Origin: Octopus sinensis
Taxonomy: Eukaryota
Direction of reading: 5' to 3'
Length of the DNA: 64,000 bases
Assembly: GCF_006345805.1 (NCBI RefSeq)
Contig: NC_042998.1
Span: 33,170,001 to 33,234,000, forward strand
Position 1 is the stretch's first letter; each line of letters starts with the position of its first letter. A program made the position numbers and the translations under genes. This document shows, piece by piece, positions 1-13,279 of the stretch. The notes beneath the pieces are model-generated. The model searched no databases and had not been told where the DNA came from. It saw only the letters and a list, made by a program, of their open reading frames with translations.

Positions 1-137
1 CTGTACCCATATATGCATGTATATATACATGTAGATGTAGGTACGTAAATATATGTATGTATATATGCATATGTTTTATTTATTAATTTGTTATTACACG
101 ACAGAACGCACACATCCATTTCTCAGTAAGTTTATTC

Positions 138-198
<61 letters not shown>

Positions 199-761
199 CG
201 CTTTCACAGTTCCATTTCAGATTATTGAAACAGCAGTGAAAAAAAATATCAATGTTCATTTATTGATGCATCTGGGAAAGTCTATGTCTGCATTATCAAA
301 CAACTGCAAATATATGTTTAAAAAAATTCAAAACTCTGCCAAAATCCGGTACAAATTTTTCATAGTTCAAAATATTGCTTACTTTTTACTCAACCTGGTA
401 CATTATATATATACATATATATAGTACTGGGTTCAACTTGTTCAAGTAAGTTCCTTCGAGGCGGTACCCCAGCTTGACCGCAGTCTAACGAATGAAAGTA
501 AAAGAAAGAATATGTTACTGTTAGTGTTTTCATCCTATACAACTATACAACAATGCTGCTTAGTTCTTGTTGGTATGTAAATAGTTAAATATTTATCTTA
601 AGTATCATCATTATTATCTAAGTATTCAACAGATGATTGTTACAAAAACATGAAGGAAGTTATGGAAAACGAAACCCAAAATATTATTAAAATTATAAAT
701 TGCAAATAATTAGCTGGGATGGAGTTTGACTGGGTAATGTCGATGTGTGTGTGTGTGTGTA

Positions 762-812
<51 letters not shown>

Positions 813-815
<3 letters not shown>

Positions 816-1175
816 TGGCTGTTTGGTAAGTAGCTTGCTAACCAACCACATGGTTCCGAGTTCAGTCCCACTGCGTGGCATCTTGGGCAAGTGTCTTCTG
901 CTATAGCCCCGGGCCGACCAATGCCTTGTGAGTGAATTTGGTAGACGGAAACTGAAAGAAGCCTGTCGTATATATGTATATATATATAAGTGTGTGTGAA
1001 TATGTTTGTGTGTCTGTGTTTGTTCCCCTAGCATTGCTTGACAACTGATGCTGGTGTGTTTACGTCCCCGTCACTTAGCGGTTCGGAAAAAGAGACCGAT
1101 AGAATAAGTACTGGGTTTACAAAGAATAAGTCCCGGGGCCGCAGTCAAATGACTGAAACAAGTAAAAAGAGAGTA
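813..1175 (+). mobile_element. SINE family B (tRNA head, CORE-like CTTGGGCAAGTG block, internal microsatellite)
   Basis: GAGTGGCTGT.TGGTAAG, GAGTTCAGTCCC, tail AAACAAGTAAAA(GAGTAAAA)n. Confidence 0.85.
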
Positions 1176-1530
1176 AAAAAAAGAGAATATGTCTTTATCT
1201 GCATGTGTGAGTCTGTGTGTTTGTGTCCGTTTGTAAGTGAGTCTGTCTCTATATGTGGTGTATGCAATGGCGGACTGGCCAGGTTGCCAGCTTGCCCATG
1301 GAAAGTGGGCCCCTGTGCCATTAGAATCCATATATGTGGTCCCGTGTTAGTATCTAAGGGGCCCATCCCCTGAAGTTTGAGAATTTTTTATTCACTCCTG
1401 GAAGAATGCATTAATTATTTCAGCCTGGCTGTTTGTAGACGGTTGAAGAGAATACTTTTAACAAAAAAAAAAATTTAATGATAGCTTTGTAGTTGCAGGT
1501 GGGCCCCCTTAATTTCTTGGCAACCAATAT

Positions 1531-1766
1531 AAGGTGGCGAGCTGGCAGAAACGTTAGCGCGCAGGGCGAAATGCTTAGCGGTATTTCGTCTGTCGTTACG
1601 TTCTGAGTTCGAATTCCGCCGAAGTTGACTTTGTCTTTCATCCTTTCGGGGTCGATAAATAAAGTACCAGTTTCGCACTGGGGTCGATGTAATCGACTTA
1701 ATCCCTTTGTCTGTCCTTGTTTGTCCCCTCTATGTTTAGCCCCTTGTGGGTAGTAAAGAAATAAAT
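1531..1766 (+). mobile_element. SINE family A (tRNA head plus Nin-like domain)
   Basis: AAGG.GGCGAGCTGGCAGAA, B box GAGTTCGAATTCC, TTTCATCCTTTCGGGGTCGATAAA..AGTACCAG. Confidence 0.88.
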
Positions 1767-1791
1767 ATTTTGAGACCCAATCCTCCACTGG

Positions 1792-1844
<53 letters not shown>

Positions 1845-2538
1845 CGTGTGTGTGTTATGGAAATACTGAGGTAACCTATTTGTGGATGAATTCTAAGCAA
1901 TTTTAAACGCACGCATTTAGTAAACATTCATTAAATCTGGCTGTTCCAATTGCCTCTGCGTTTGAACCGTGGGGTTCTGCCTGCAGAATGAAACAAAGTA
2001 ATATACGGTTTGTTTTGTCTGTGTTTTGGCAATTCATCGGCGGAGTCTATTTTAGTCATTCATCAGAGATACAGAAAAGAGAGAGAGACAGAGAGCATAG
2101 AGTAGAGTACAGATAAAGAACAGATAAAGAACAAAAAGACAGATAGAGAGAGGGCAGAAGAAGAGAGAAAGGTAGACAGTATAGAGAGTGAACTAGAGAA
2201 AGCGTTGGGAGAGACGAACAGTCTATAATAACTTATGTAAATGTTGAGGCAGATTTTATTTATCTGTACAGATTGGATAGTAGCCCACTTGTTGGCGGCG
2301 GTGCATAAGAATTAAACTATAGAGACGTTGTGTAAATAATTCTCGGTGTGTTTTATGTTTCCAAACAAATGTGGAAACGTTATATTATACACAAAATGAA
2401 ATGCTTATATTTAAAGTCACTTTTTAATTCAGTTTGTGTTTGTTCTTTTATATTTTTTTTAACGGTTTCATTCGTCGGATTGAAGCAGCACTTTAATTTA
2501 TTTCCTGTCAGTTTTTCTATCAATTTATGACTGGAAGA

Positions 2539-3190
2539 AAGGCGGTGAGCTGGAAGAAACGTTGGCACACCGGGCGAAATTCTTAGCGGTATTTCGTCTG
2601 CTGTTACGTTCTGAGTTCAAATTCCGCCGAGGTCCACTTTGCCTTTCATCCTTTCGGGGTCGATAAATTAAGTACCAGTTACGCACTGGGTCGATGTAAT
2701 CGACTTAATCCCATTGTCTGTCCTTGTTTGTCCCCTCTATGTTTAGCCCCTTGTGGACAATAAAGAAATAAGAAACGTTAGCACGCCGGCGAAACACTTA
2801 GCGGTATTTCGTCTATCTTTATGTTCTGAGTTCAAATTCCGCCGAGGGCGACTTTGCCTGTCATCCTTTCGGGGTCGATAAATTAAGCACCAGTTTCGCA
2901 CTGGGATCGATGTAATCGACTTAACCCGTTTGTCTGTTCTTGTTTGTTCTCTCTGTGCTTAGCCCCTTGTGGGTAGTAAAGAAATAGGTATTTCGTCTGC
3001 CGCAACGTTCTGAGTTCAAATTCCTCCGCGGTCGACTTTGCCTTTCATCCTTTCGGGGTCGATAAATTAAGTACCAGTTACGCACTGGGTTGATATAATC
3101 TACTTAATCCGTTTGTCCGTCCTTGTTTGTCCCCTCTGTATGTAGCCCCTTGTGGGCAGTAAAGAAATAAGAAATGTTAGCACGCTGCGG
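2539..3190 (+). mobile_element. SINE-A concatemer (3 body-tail units plus the start of a fourth)
   Basis: Repeated body-tail units joined directly. Confidence 0.88.
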
Positions 3191-3309
3191 TTAATTTGTC
3201 TTTGCAGGAATTTGGTTAGTAATTGTTATTATTATTTATTGTTATTGTTGATATTTATGGTTAAATTTTGAACTTTTGTTATTGTTCTACATTCTGTTTT
3301 AATGCTTGT

Positions 3310-3690
3310 TATTATTGTACAGAATCCACTTTTCATCGCAAGTTACAATATGGTCGAGAAATGGATCGGTCTGGTTACGGAGAAGCGACGAGCAAATTTC
3401 ATATCTGCGCTTTTTCTGATTTTCATTCAAATCGTGTGGTACCCATTTATCGCGTTTTTTTTATTTTCCGATCGCATGAAAATGGTTGCAGGCAGTTTTC
3501 TGGCTAACTTGAAATTCTTTTGCCCGTTCTCAAGTGGTCTTACGTGAATCTTTCTCAATGGTGGTCTTTAATTGATGGTTTAAAGACGGTCTTTAGTTGA
3601 CTTGTCATCGATGACGGCTGGGCATCCACTACGCTTATTATCTTCAAGTCTCAGGTCTCCACTGCGAAATCGCTTAAACCATTTTCGAGC
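3310..3690 (-). pseudogene. mariner (Tc1/mariner) transposase fragment
   Basis: Translation of the reverse complement gives ARKWFKRFRSGDLRLEDNKRSGCP, KWVPHDL and FLDHIVTCDEKWILYNN, with stops and frameshifts. Confidence 0.88.
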
Positions 3691-4376
3691 TGGCCACTGC
3701 CAGTGCGGCTCCCGATTTCGAACGTCGTAGCCACTTCGAAAGTTATGAACTGGCAGATGGCAACCACGTCTATTTCTAGTGACCAGTGGTCATTGATCAT
3801 GAGGTTTTGCAGTCAGGGCTTATGCATTCACACTGCTTATGTTAATAAGGTCATGCTGGATAAGAGAGATAAGGACTACTTTATTCGTGTGGAAGGACAG
3901 GTAATCCCTTCGGCCAACAGAGAGTGTTTCCACAAATTTTTTTCTTTTATTCACATATTTTTATATGTTCAATTCATAACTGTCTCTCAAAAATTTCCCA
4001 CTGCATCGGGATATTTTGCTTTCAACTTTTCATTTCTCTCATGTGTCAACAAACTACGCAGGAAAGACCACAACAATATCAGAAGAAAAATATGCGAATT
4101 TCTACTTTGTGATTGTACAAGGCCAGATGTAACAAAAAAAGAGACATTTTATAAAAAATAATTTGAATGAGAATAACATGCTTTTTATAAATTAATAGAA
4201 AACTGGTTTATAACTTGCATAACTGTCCTATTTACCAGAAATAGATAACCACATATTATTAAATAAATAAACACATTGCAATATGTATATCGTATGTAAA
4301 TACATGCACATGCATATATAATATATATATATATATATAATGTATGCATTTATGCGTATTTATATATGCATGTATA

Positions 4377-4453
<77 letters not shown>

Positions 4454-6099
4454 CTGAAATGCGTTTTTATCGCTTGGATCGCTTTCAATGTCACTACGTC
4501 CCGTCCGATTCGCTCCAAAATTTACAGGCACATGTAAAATGAGGTGACGATGCCCGTGGGCTACCTTAAAAATCCCTATCTTAAAAGGTGTGGTTGCTAG
4601 GGGCCATCTTCCTCACTCACGCTATTTCCTCCATTACCCTCTCACTCCCCTTCATATTTTAACTTTGACAAGGCCACTCCCGTTATTTAATGTATCTTCC
4701 TGTTTCCTACCTTCCCATCACTTCGGCGTTCTTTTATGTATCTGTCTGTCACCAACAACACACGAGCATGAGAACAAATATTATGAATCAGATATTCCTG
4801 CGTTCATTTATATGTGTGTGTGTGTGTGTGTGTTCTATATATAAATATGTATATATAATGTATGTGTGTGTGTGTGTGTGTGTTCTATATATAAGTATGT
4901 ATATATAATCTATATATACAAAGTGTATATATCTGTATTTATGTATATTAAACTTTTTCATACTTTTTCATAGTTATATATATTTTTAAACAAATTATAA
5001 ATATAATTTAATAATTTTTATTTTCAATTTAGATAATTTAAATTTTTCAATTTTATATTTTATATATTTTATATATTATATATATTTTTTGTTTTTGTTT
5101 TTGGTTTTTCACTGTTTGATTTGCCTATTAGTGGTTTTATCTCTAATTTAATTTATACAGATATATATCTCATTTGTATACATTTGTATATATAATGCGT
5201 GCACACCACACACACATATATATATATACATATATATAATATATATATATATATATTATATATTATATATATATATATATATATAATGTGTGCATTACGT
5301 AGTCGGTCGATTCAGCTGAAATATACACACCTATGTTAAAAGTGCTGGCAAGTTTGCATGACAACTATTTTTTTCCTCAAATGAAAGGCGTCACCTCTAG
5401 GACAAAATTCCTCATCTTATAGAATGTGGCCCCAGTAGACCCGAATGAAATTGGGTTATATTAACCAAAATGTGAAAAGGGGGTCTAAATGGGGCTGGAA
5501 GGGGATTAAAATTTCAAGGAGCGTGTGTTTAGGAATTCTCTGTTACATCAAGCTAAAAAATTTGCGCCAGCCTTTTAATCGTCAATGTGTTGCCGTCCAT
5601 GATAAAGAAGTTTTGAATGCTTGCCATGGTGAGTCTACTGTCGTGAGAAAGAATCACTTCAAAACTTGGTGTTTACGAATTTTCTTTTACATCAAGTTCA
5701 AAATTTTACGCCAGCCGTTAAACTGTCAATACGTTGCTGTCCGTCGTTAAGAAATGCCAGCCATGATGACTCTACTATCCTCAGATTCTATCCCTTCAAA
5801 CTTTGGTTTCCAATATTTTATTATTTTTATTCAGCTCGCAAGTTCGTCTGTCCCTTTTAAATGTTAGCGTTTTGCTGTCTGCCTTGAAGCAGACCTTTCC
5901 GTTGCCACTGCCTGATATTTATGATTGATCTTTCTAAATATTTTACTTCGCAACTTACTCAAGATCTTCTGTTGTTTATAAATGGGAGAGAGATAGATAA
6001 AGATAGAAAGTAAGAGAAAGCGAGGGAGAGTCCGAGAGAAAAGAAAAGTAAGAGAGTGGGAAAGTGAGAGAGAAAGGAGAGAGAAACAAAGACAGAGAA

Positions 6100-6410
6100 T
6101 CATCATCATCATCATCGTTTAACGTCCGTTTTCCGTGCTAGCACGGGTTGGACAGTTTGACCGGGGTCTGGGAAGCCAGGAGGCTGCACCAGGCTCCAGT
6201 CTGATCTGGCTGTGTTTCTACAGGTGGATGACCTTCCTAACGCTAACCACTCTGTGAGTGTAGTGGGTGCTTTTTTCGTGCCGCCGGCACAGGTGCCAGG
6301 GGGGCTCGCAGCGGCAATGATCGGTTGGTGCTTTTTACGTGCCACCGGCACAGAAGCCAGTCAAGGCGGCGCTGCAATCGGCCACGTTCGGATGGTGCTT
6401 TTTACGAGCT
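6100..6410 (-). mobile_element. RTE-type 3' tail or RTE-dependent SINE
   Basis: (CAT)n end and GGATGACCTTCCTAACGCTAAC, resembling the RTE 3' UTR motif. Confidence 0.55.
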
Positions 6411-6738
6411 GAAAGGAAGGAACAGAAAGTAACAACCACACTCTTACCCGCGCGTAGAGCGGGTCACCTTCAGCTAGTATATTTATAAAACTGAAATGCG
6501 AAAAGTTTGTTTGTTTGTCTGGACTGCTTTCAAGTCCACTACACCCCGTCGGATTGACTCCAAAATTTACAGGGACATGTAAAATGAGGTGAGGATGCCA
6601 GTGGGCTACGTAACAAATCCCTATCTTAAAAGGTGTCGTTGCTAGGGCCAAAAACCCACTTTGACAAGTCCACTCTCATTCTTTTATGTATCTGTCTTCT
6701 TCCCTTACTCAGCGCTTTCACACTCTGTGTGTGTGTGT

Positions 6739-6805
<67 letters not shown>

Positions 6806-6857
6806 CTATATATAAATATGTATATATTAAACTTTTTAATACTTTTTAATAGTTATA

Positions 6858-7270
6858 TGGCGCAGGAGTGGCTGTGTGGTAAGTAGCTTGTTTACCAACC
6901 ACATGGTTCCGAGTTCAGTCCCACTGCGTGGCACCTTTGGCAAGTATCTTCTACTATAGCCTCGGGCCGACCAAAGCCTTGTGAGTGGATTTGGTAGACG
7001 GAAAACTGAAAGAAGCCCGTCGTATATATGTATATATATATGCGTGTGTGTGTTTGTGTGTCTGTGTTTGTCCCCCTAGCATTGCTTGACAACCGATGCT
7101 GGTATGTTTACGTCCCCGTTACTTAGCGGTTCGGCAAAAGAGACCGATAGAATAAGTACTGGGCTTACAAAAGAATAAGTCCCGGGGTCGAGTTGTTCGA
7201 TTAAAGGCGGTGCTCCAGCATGGCCGCAGTCAAATGACTGAAACAAGTAAAAGAGTAAAAGAGTAAAGAG
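6858..7270 (+). mobile_element. SINE-B, full length
   Basis: Family B consensus. Confidence 0.88.
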
Positions 7271-7294
7271 TATATATATTTTTAGAAAGTCTTC

Positions 7295-7336
<42 letters not shown>

Positions 7337-7977
7337 CTTCCTTTCTCTATAACGTCATTTGATACCGTCTACTACATCTACTTTATCTGGAGGCTCTGAC
7401 AAAACAAAACTGTAGGCGTTGATCTGTACAACCGGTTTTCATCCATAGTCAATTGTATGTAGCCTGTTCTTGAGTTGGAAATCCACATAAACTCTTCATT
7501 CAAGGCAATCGTTCAGCGCACAAGGAACGTGGTTTATCAAGAGGCTCAGACAAAAGAAAACTGATGGTAAGTCATGAAATTTTGCTTGATTTTTTATTTT
7601 GCACCTCTTCATTATCTCTTCATTCTTGAAAATAAAGACATTAAAAAGAACATTGTCCATAAAGAACATTGGGTTAAGATGTTTGCAAACATTTGATCCA
7701 ACTCATTCTCTTTATTCCTCATTTTCCGATTCCTTCTACGTCTCCATTAAACGGTTTCGTCAAGTTATTGTTACTTCGCTAACATAAGACATTCATAAAT
7801 TGAATGAGTTGTTAATTACATTTTATACACTGTTCCATTGTTTAGGTGGTATCTGTATATATATATATATAATTTGTATACATTTATATATATACCACAC
7901 TCTTCCCCGCGCGTAGAGCGGGTCAACTTCAGCGAGTATATTATATATATTTGTATGCATTTATGCGTATTTATATA

Positions 7978-8061
<84 letters not shown>

Positions 8062-8143
8062 CAATAATATGTTACATTACTCGATAGTCAAGATAAAACT
8101 CTGAGTTTCAGATGCCGAAGTGGAAATCCACAACACCATCTCT

Positions 8144-9395
8144 TACTTTCAGTGAGAACGCAAAGTGGGTAAAAAACACCGACACAGAGGGCGCTTTCGA
8201 TGTGAGCATGGGTTCATATGATGGGGCAGGCATCTGCGATCTAATTGGACTTTTTCTCCTAGATACCTTAGGTAAGACATTCCCTAACGTACATTTCGCC
8301 ATCTACAAAGATGATGCCCTCGCCTTAACAGCTAATACAAATGGACCAGCACAAGATCGTTTTAGGAAGGATATTATCCAGTTAATGAAATACTTCGGAC
8401 TTAGTATAACTATAGATACTTACCTGACGGTTGTCAATTTCTTAGACGTTTCCTTAGATCTTAATAAGAATATTTATAAGCCTTATAGGAAGCCCAATGA
8501 TAGACTAAGTTATATTAATGTAGGTTCATGCCATCCCCCTATAGTATTCAAAAATTTAGTTAAAAATATTAGTAAGAGGATTTCTAGCCTCTCCTCTGAT
8601 AAGGACATCTTCAATAGCGTTGCCCCAGTTTGTAATAAGGCTTTAAAAGATAGTGGTTTTAGCGAAAAAATAAAATATACACCCATTAGTATATACTAAT
8701 ATACGCCCAACAGTAATGAAAAGGAATAATAGAAATAGGAAGGTCATCTGGTTTACTCACCCGAGGTGGCCTTCAATATAGGTAAATATTTCCTAGCACT
8801 GATAGATAGACATTTTCCAGTTAACCATACTTATAGGAAACTCTTCAATAGACACAATTTAAAAATTAGTTTTAGTTCCACTACCAATTTTAAAAACATA
8901 ATCAAACATAACATACAAAAAACACAAGAAAACAGCTGTTAATGCAGGAATAAAGAATTGTGCCCGCTAAATGGAGCTTGCATGTCCAAGACCATTATAT
9001 ATGAAGCTACCGTAAACTCTATAACCACTAAAGACACCGTTTCGACGAAGAAATACGTGGGCCTTACAGAGGGTAACTTCAAGGCCAGGTTCAATAACCA
9101 CACTTTGAGCTTTAGGCACTGGAACAAAAGAAAAGCGACACAATCATCTAATCATATTTGGTCTTTAAGAGATAAAGGTGTCGATTATAACATACATTGG
9201 AAGATTTTGGCCAGATGTAAGCCCTATACCAACGGCAGCGGAAGGTGCGGTCTATGCGACATGGAGAGATGGCTTATCTGGAAAAGCAGCTTAGACCCTA
9301 CTACATGTCTAAACACAAGGACAGAACTTTTCGGATCATGCCCACATATGACTAAATTTCTGTTACGTTTTTGGTCCCCTAAAGAAAACAGATAG
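8144..9395 (+). pseudogene. PLE reverse transcriptase C-terminal half, Cys linker and GIY-YIG endonuclease, disrupted by stops and frameshifts
   Basis: FDVSMGSYDGAGICDLIG, YKDDAL, NFLDVSLDL, YRKPND, HPP, KVIWF, C*CRNKELCPLNGAC, IIYEA..KYVGLTEGNFKARFNNH, CGLCDME, LN.R.EL...CPH. The ORF start MPKWKSTTPS comes from the inverted pLTR and is not the true N-terminus. Confidence 0.92.
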
Positions 9396-9596
9396 AACAT
9401 GCTTTCTATGTTATGTCCCAAGAAGATTTTATATATTTTTATATTTTTATATATTTTTTATATATTTTTTATGTATTTTTATATAATTTTTATGACGAAA
9501 AATGCGAGCGATGTATAAGTACGCAGGCAAGCAGAGTTATAACACAGTAATTTCCCTTTGTATAACGGTATTTTTTCATAGCGTTTTCAAATAGCC

Positions 9597-9659
9597 AGAT
9601 AACCGAAGAGATGGTGTTGTGGATTTCCACTTCGGCATCTGAAACTCAGAGTTTTATCT
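9597..9659 (+). ncRNA. Minimal type I hammerhead ribozyme motif in the PLE pLTR (atypical core)
   Basis: Stem I AGATAA/TTATCT, core CCGAAGA, stem II GATG/CATC, then T-GAAAC-TCA-GAGTT with near-palindromic stem III. Confidence 0.7.
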
Positions 9660-9757
9660 TGACTATCGAGTAATGTAACATATTATTGTATAGATAAATT
9701 TCCTCTATTTACATAATATTGAGGTCTCTTTCTTTCTTTTGTTATCTTACCGTTTTA

Positions 9758-9793
<36 letters not shown>

Positions 9794-9803
9794 CACGCAC
9801 ACA

Positions 9804-10019
9804 CGAGAGCCTGCTGAAAAGTCCCTGGCTTTGGGTAACGGAAAATACAGGAAGATCAGTTAAGATCTTATTCAACATATTCCCCTCTCAGATTTTCGCA
9901 ATTATTGCAACGGTTCTTCAATTTTTCTAAGCCCTGTAAAAAAAGAACTCAGAAGGTTGGGTCTCCAACCAAGCCTTTCGCAGTACCCTCAAAGTCAGGG
10001 ACTTTTCAATAGCCCCTCG
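9804..10019. mobile_element. mariner-type MITE
   Basis: TIRs CGAGAGCCTGCTGAAAAGTCCCTG and CAGGGACTTTTCAATAGCCCCTCG, followed by TA. Confidence 0.75.
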
Positions 10020-10534
10020 TATATATATATATATATATATATATCCCCTCCTCCTCCCTTCTCCTCTTCTCCTCTTTCATTCTCCCCCCTCACCCTCACC
10101 CCTTATCTCATCTCCCCCTCCACCCTCCACCCTCATCTCATCTCACCCTCACCCCTCCTTCTTTCCTTCTCCCCCCTCTCCCCCTCCTCACTCTCACCTT
10201 CCCCCTTCTCCCTCCTCCCTCCTCTTCTCTTTCCTTTTCCCCTCCTCTTCCCCTCCTCCTATAATCGTTAACGTGTCAGAGACGAAATGCTTCGCAGCAC
10301 CACCTCCAGATTCGTAGCCTTGTGCGGAAATTATGATTATTTGATGTGAAATGGGTCCAAGTATGAGGAGAAAATATCGTCAGATTTTTTTTTTTTTTTC
10401 AATTTAGCCAGACTTGCATCAGCCGGCTCTTATTAGATCACGGACGAAGGAGCTTTAAGAATAAATCTAGAGAAAATATAAGAGAATATTCTAAATTAGG
10501 GCTTTGATAAATCTTGTTTCTATTTTAATTTAGC

Positions 10535-10714
10535 GGAGGAGTGGCTGTGTGGTAAGTAGCTTGCTATCCAACCACATGGTTCCGGGTTCAGTCCCACTGC
10601 GTGGCCCTCTTGGACAATTGTCTTCTGCTATAGCCCCGGGCCGACCAATGCCTTGTGAGTGGATTTGGTAGACGGAAACTGAAAGAAGCCTGTCGTATAT
10701 ATGTATATATATAT

Positions 10715-10746
<32 letters not shown>

Positions 10747-10990
10747 ATATGTGTGTGTGTGTGTGTGTGGTGTGTGTGTGTGTGTTTTTATGTCTGTGTT
10801 TGTCCCCCTAGCATTGCTTGACAACCGATGCTGGTGTGTTTACGTCCCCGTCACTTAGCGGTTCGGCAAAAGACACCGATAGAATAAGTACTGGGCTTAC
10901 AAAGAATAAGTCCCGGGGTCGATTTGCTCGACTAAAGGCGGTGCTCCAGCATGACCGCAGTCAAATGACTGAAACAAGTAAAAGAATAAA
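10535..10990 (+). mobile_element. SINE-B
   Basis: Family B consensus. Confidence 0.88.
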
Positions 10991-11124
10991 TTGTTTCATT
11001 AAATTTCTGATTCAGCATTAAGGTGTTCAACATGAAGTCGTAATATTAATAATTTATAAGGCGGTGAGCTGGCAGAAACGTTAGCACGCCGGGCGAAATG
11101 CTTAGCGATTTTGTTACTTGTGAT

Positions 11125-12180
11125 TTCATCCTTTCGGGGGTGATAAATTGTGTACCAGTTGAACACTGGGATCGATGTGAAAATTTGAAACCATATTAAT
11201 AATCTACCTTGCGCTGAATATATACATTAATATATATTTCTTTATTGCCCACAAGGGGCTAAACATAGAGGTAACAAACAAGGACAGCTTAAGAGATTAA
11301 GTCAATTACATCGACCCCAGTGCGAAACTGGTACCTTATTTATCGACCCCGAAAGGATGAAAAGCAAAGTCGACCTCGGCGGAATTTGAAGTCAGAACGT
11401 AACGGCAGACTGAGTTCAAATTCCGCCGAGGTCGACTTTGCCTTTCATCCTTTCGGGGATGATAAATTGTGTACCAGTTGAACTCAGGGATCGATGTGAA
11501 AATTTGAAACCATATTAATAATCTACCTTGCGCTGAATATATACATTAATATATTTCTTATTGCCCACAAGGGGCTAAACATAGAGGTGACAAACAAGGA
11601 CAGCCAAGAGATTAAGTCAATTACATCGACCCCAGTGCGAAACTGGTACTTTATTTATCGACCCCGAAAGGATGAAGGCAAAGTCGACCTCGGCGGAATT
11701 TGAAGTCAGAACGTAACGGCAGACTGAGTTCAAATTCCGCCGAGGTCGACTTTGCCTTTCATCCTTTCGGGGATGATAAATTGTGTACCAGTTGAACTCA
11801 GGGATCGATGTGAAAATTTGAAACCATATTAATAATCTACCTTGCGCTGAATATATACATTAATATATATTTCTTTATTGCCCACAAGGGGCTAAACATA
11901 GAGGTGACAAACAAGGACAGCCAAAGAGATTAAGTCAATTACATCGACCCCAGTGCGAAACTGGTACTTTATTTATCGACCCCGAAAGGATGAAAGGCAA
12001 AGTCGACCTCGGCGGAATTTGAAGTCAGAACGTAACGGCAGACTGAGTTCAAATTCCGCCGAGGTCGACTTTGCCTTTCATCCTTTCGGGGATGATAAAT
12101 TGTGTACCAGTTGAACTCAGGGATCGATGTGAAAATCTGAAACCATATTAATAATCTACTTTGCGCTGAATATATACAGT
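11125..12180. repeat. About 3.3 tandem units of roughly 317 bp, each containing oppositely oriented SINE-A fragments
   Basis: GATAAATTGTGTACCAG recurs at about 11143, 11461, 11776 and 12094. Confidence 0.9.
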
Positions 12181-13030
12181 AATATAAGCTTAAAGATACT
12201 TTCTTAAACGTAGAAGCCAGAAATAAAATGATGGTTTGTTTATAAATAGCGTCCAGTGTCTTATGAATTTCTGTTTACTCATAAAACCCACGCAGATTAA
12301 ACTTCTATGACGGAGTAAACAAAGTCATATTTAGACAGTTGGACATGCAACACATTCACAGCTTTCAATTAAATTTTATACATGTCAGCTTCAGTAGAGA
12401 TAGTTAGAAGTATGGAATAAAAATGGGGAGAGAGAGAGAGAGAAGGAACAGAAATGAACTCTGGCGCTTCCGTGATATAAAGTAATTCACTTTGCAGTGA
12501 GGTCGATCCAAGGCAACACCAACGTCCTCTCAACGATTGGCACGAGACGATTTTTAAAATGAGAATATCTGAAATAGCATGAGACCTTTTGGTTTTCTCT
12601 TCTCTTAAATTCTGCCTTCCTTTAGTATTCCTGCTGTTTTATATCGATGTATGGATGTATGTATATATGTAAGTATACTGTAAAGTGTTAATATGTATGT
12701 ATAATATAATATACATATATATATATATACAACCACCGTTATATATATTTTGTTTATTCATTACTGTTTTCAATTTCGTTTTCGTCTCTTGTATTCACAT
12801 CCGTCTTATGCGTTCACATTCCTGTCTTCTACCAAGAAATCTAATGCTTACAGCTTAGTTATTTTTCTTGGGGCTGGCCGAGTTGGAGCAAATATCAGAA
12901 TTGAACAGCCGAAATTTGCTATGATGATTCGGTGTCTGACTGAAGATTGAAGGCTTCGAATGATTTGTCTGTGTTCCGTGTTCGTCCCTTCCTGTATTTC
13001 ACGTTCATTATATATAAAAACATTCATTCT

Positions 13031-13071
<41 letters not shown>

Positions 13072-13279
13072 TATAAAAAGATGTTAGTGTTATTTAATTT
13101 CTGAACGGTTTTGCTGCCGTTTATTTATGTAGTTTGATTTTTTTATCTATCAGTTTCTTCTAAGATAGAGACGCGAGTAAAATAGAGAAACGGAAACTTT
13201 GGAAACAGCCTAAAGGGAGATAATTAAGAAAGACTTGAAAGTGAATGAAAGATCGTAATCATGTGAAGTAAATATAACA

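Larger units (their letters stand above)
4330..7980 (+). mobile_element. Head-to-tail array of a second Helitron-like family with nested insertions
   Basis: 4450-4985 is similar to 6488-6858. Hairpin ACCCGC..GCGGGT plus CTAG at 6446-6477, and a matching CCCGC..GCGGG hairpin plus CGAG at 7906-7936. Confidence 0.65.
8061..9760 (+). mobile_element. Penelope-like retroelement, 5'-truncated, with inverted pLTR piece (8061-8144), direct pLTR plus tail (about 9590-9760), inserted in (TA)n
   Basis: 8061-8144 is the reverse complement of about 9607-9689. It encloses RT and GIY-YIG coding sequence and is flanked on both sides by (TA)n. Confidence 0.93.

Noticed and set aside
1531-1625. SINE heads as tRNA genes
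   Set aside because: They have A and B boxes but continue into SINE bodies and lack a proper cloverleaf.
3703-4161. 152-aa ORF and possible exon at about 3812-3900 ending in CAG/GTAATC
   Set aside because: No recognisable domain or partner exons. It cannot be supported without RNA data.
7380-7790. Splice donor GTAAGT at about 7567 and a faint pogo-like MDE.TG motif on the minus strand
   Set aside because: Stops occur in all upstream frames, and the transposase similarity is too weak to call.
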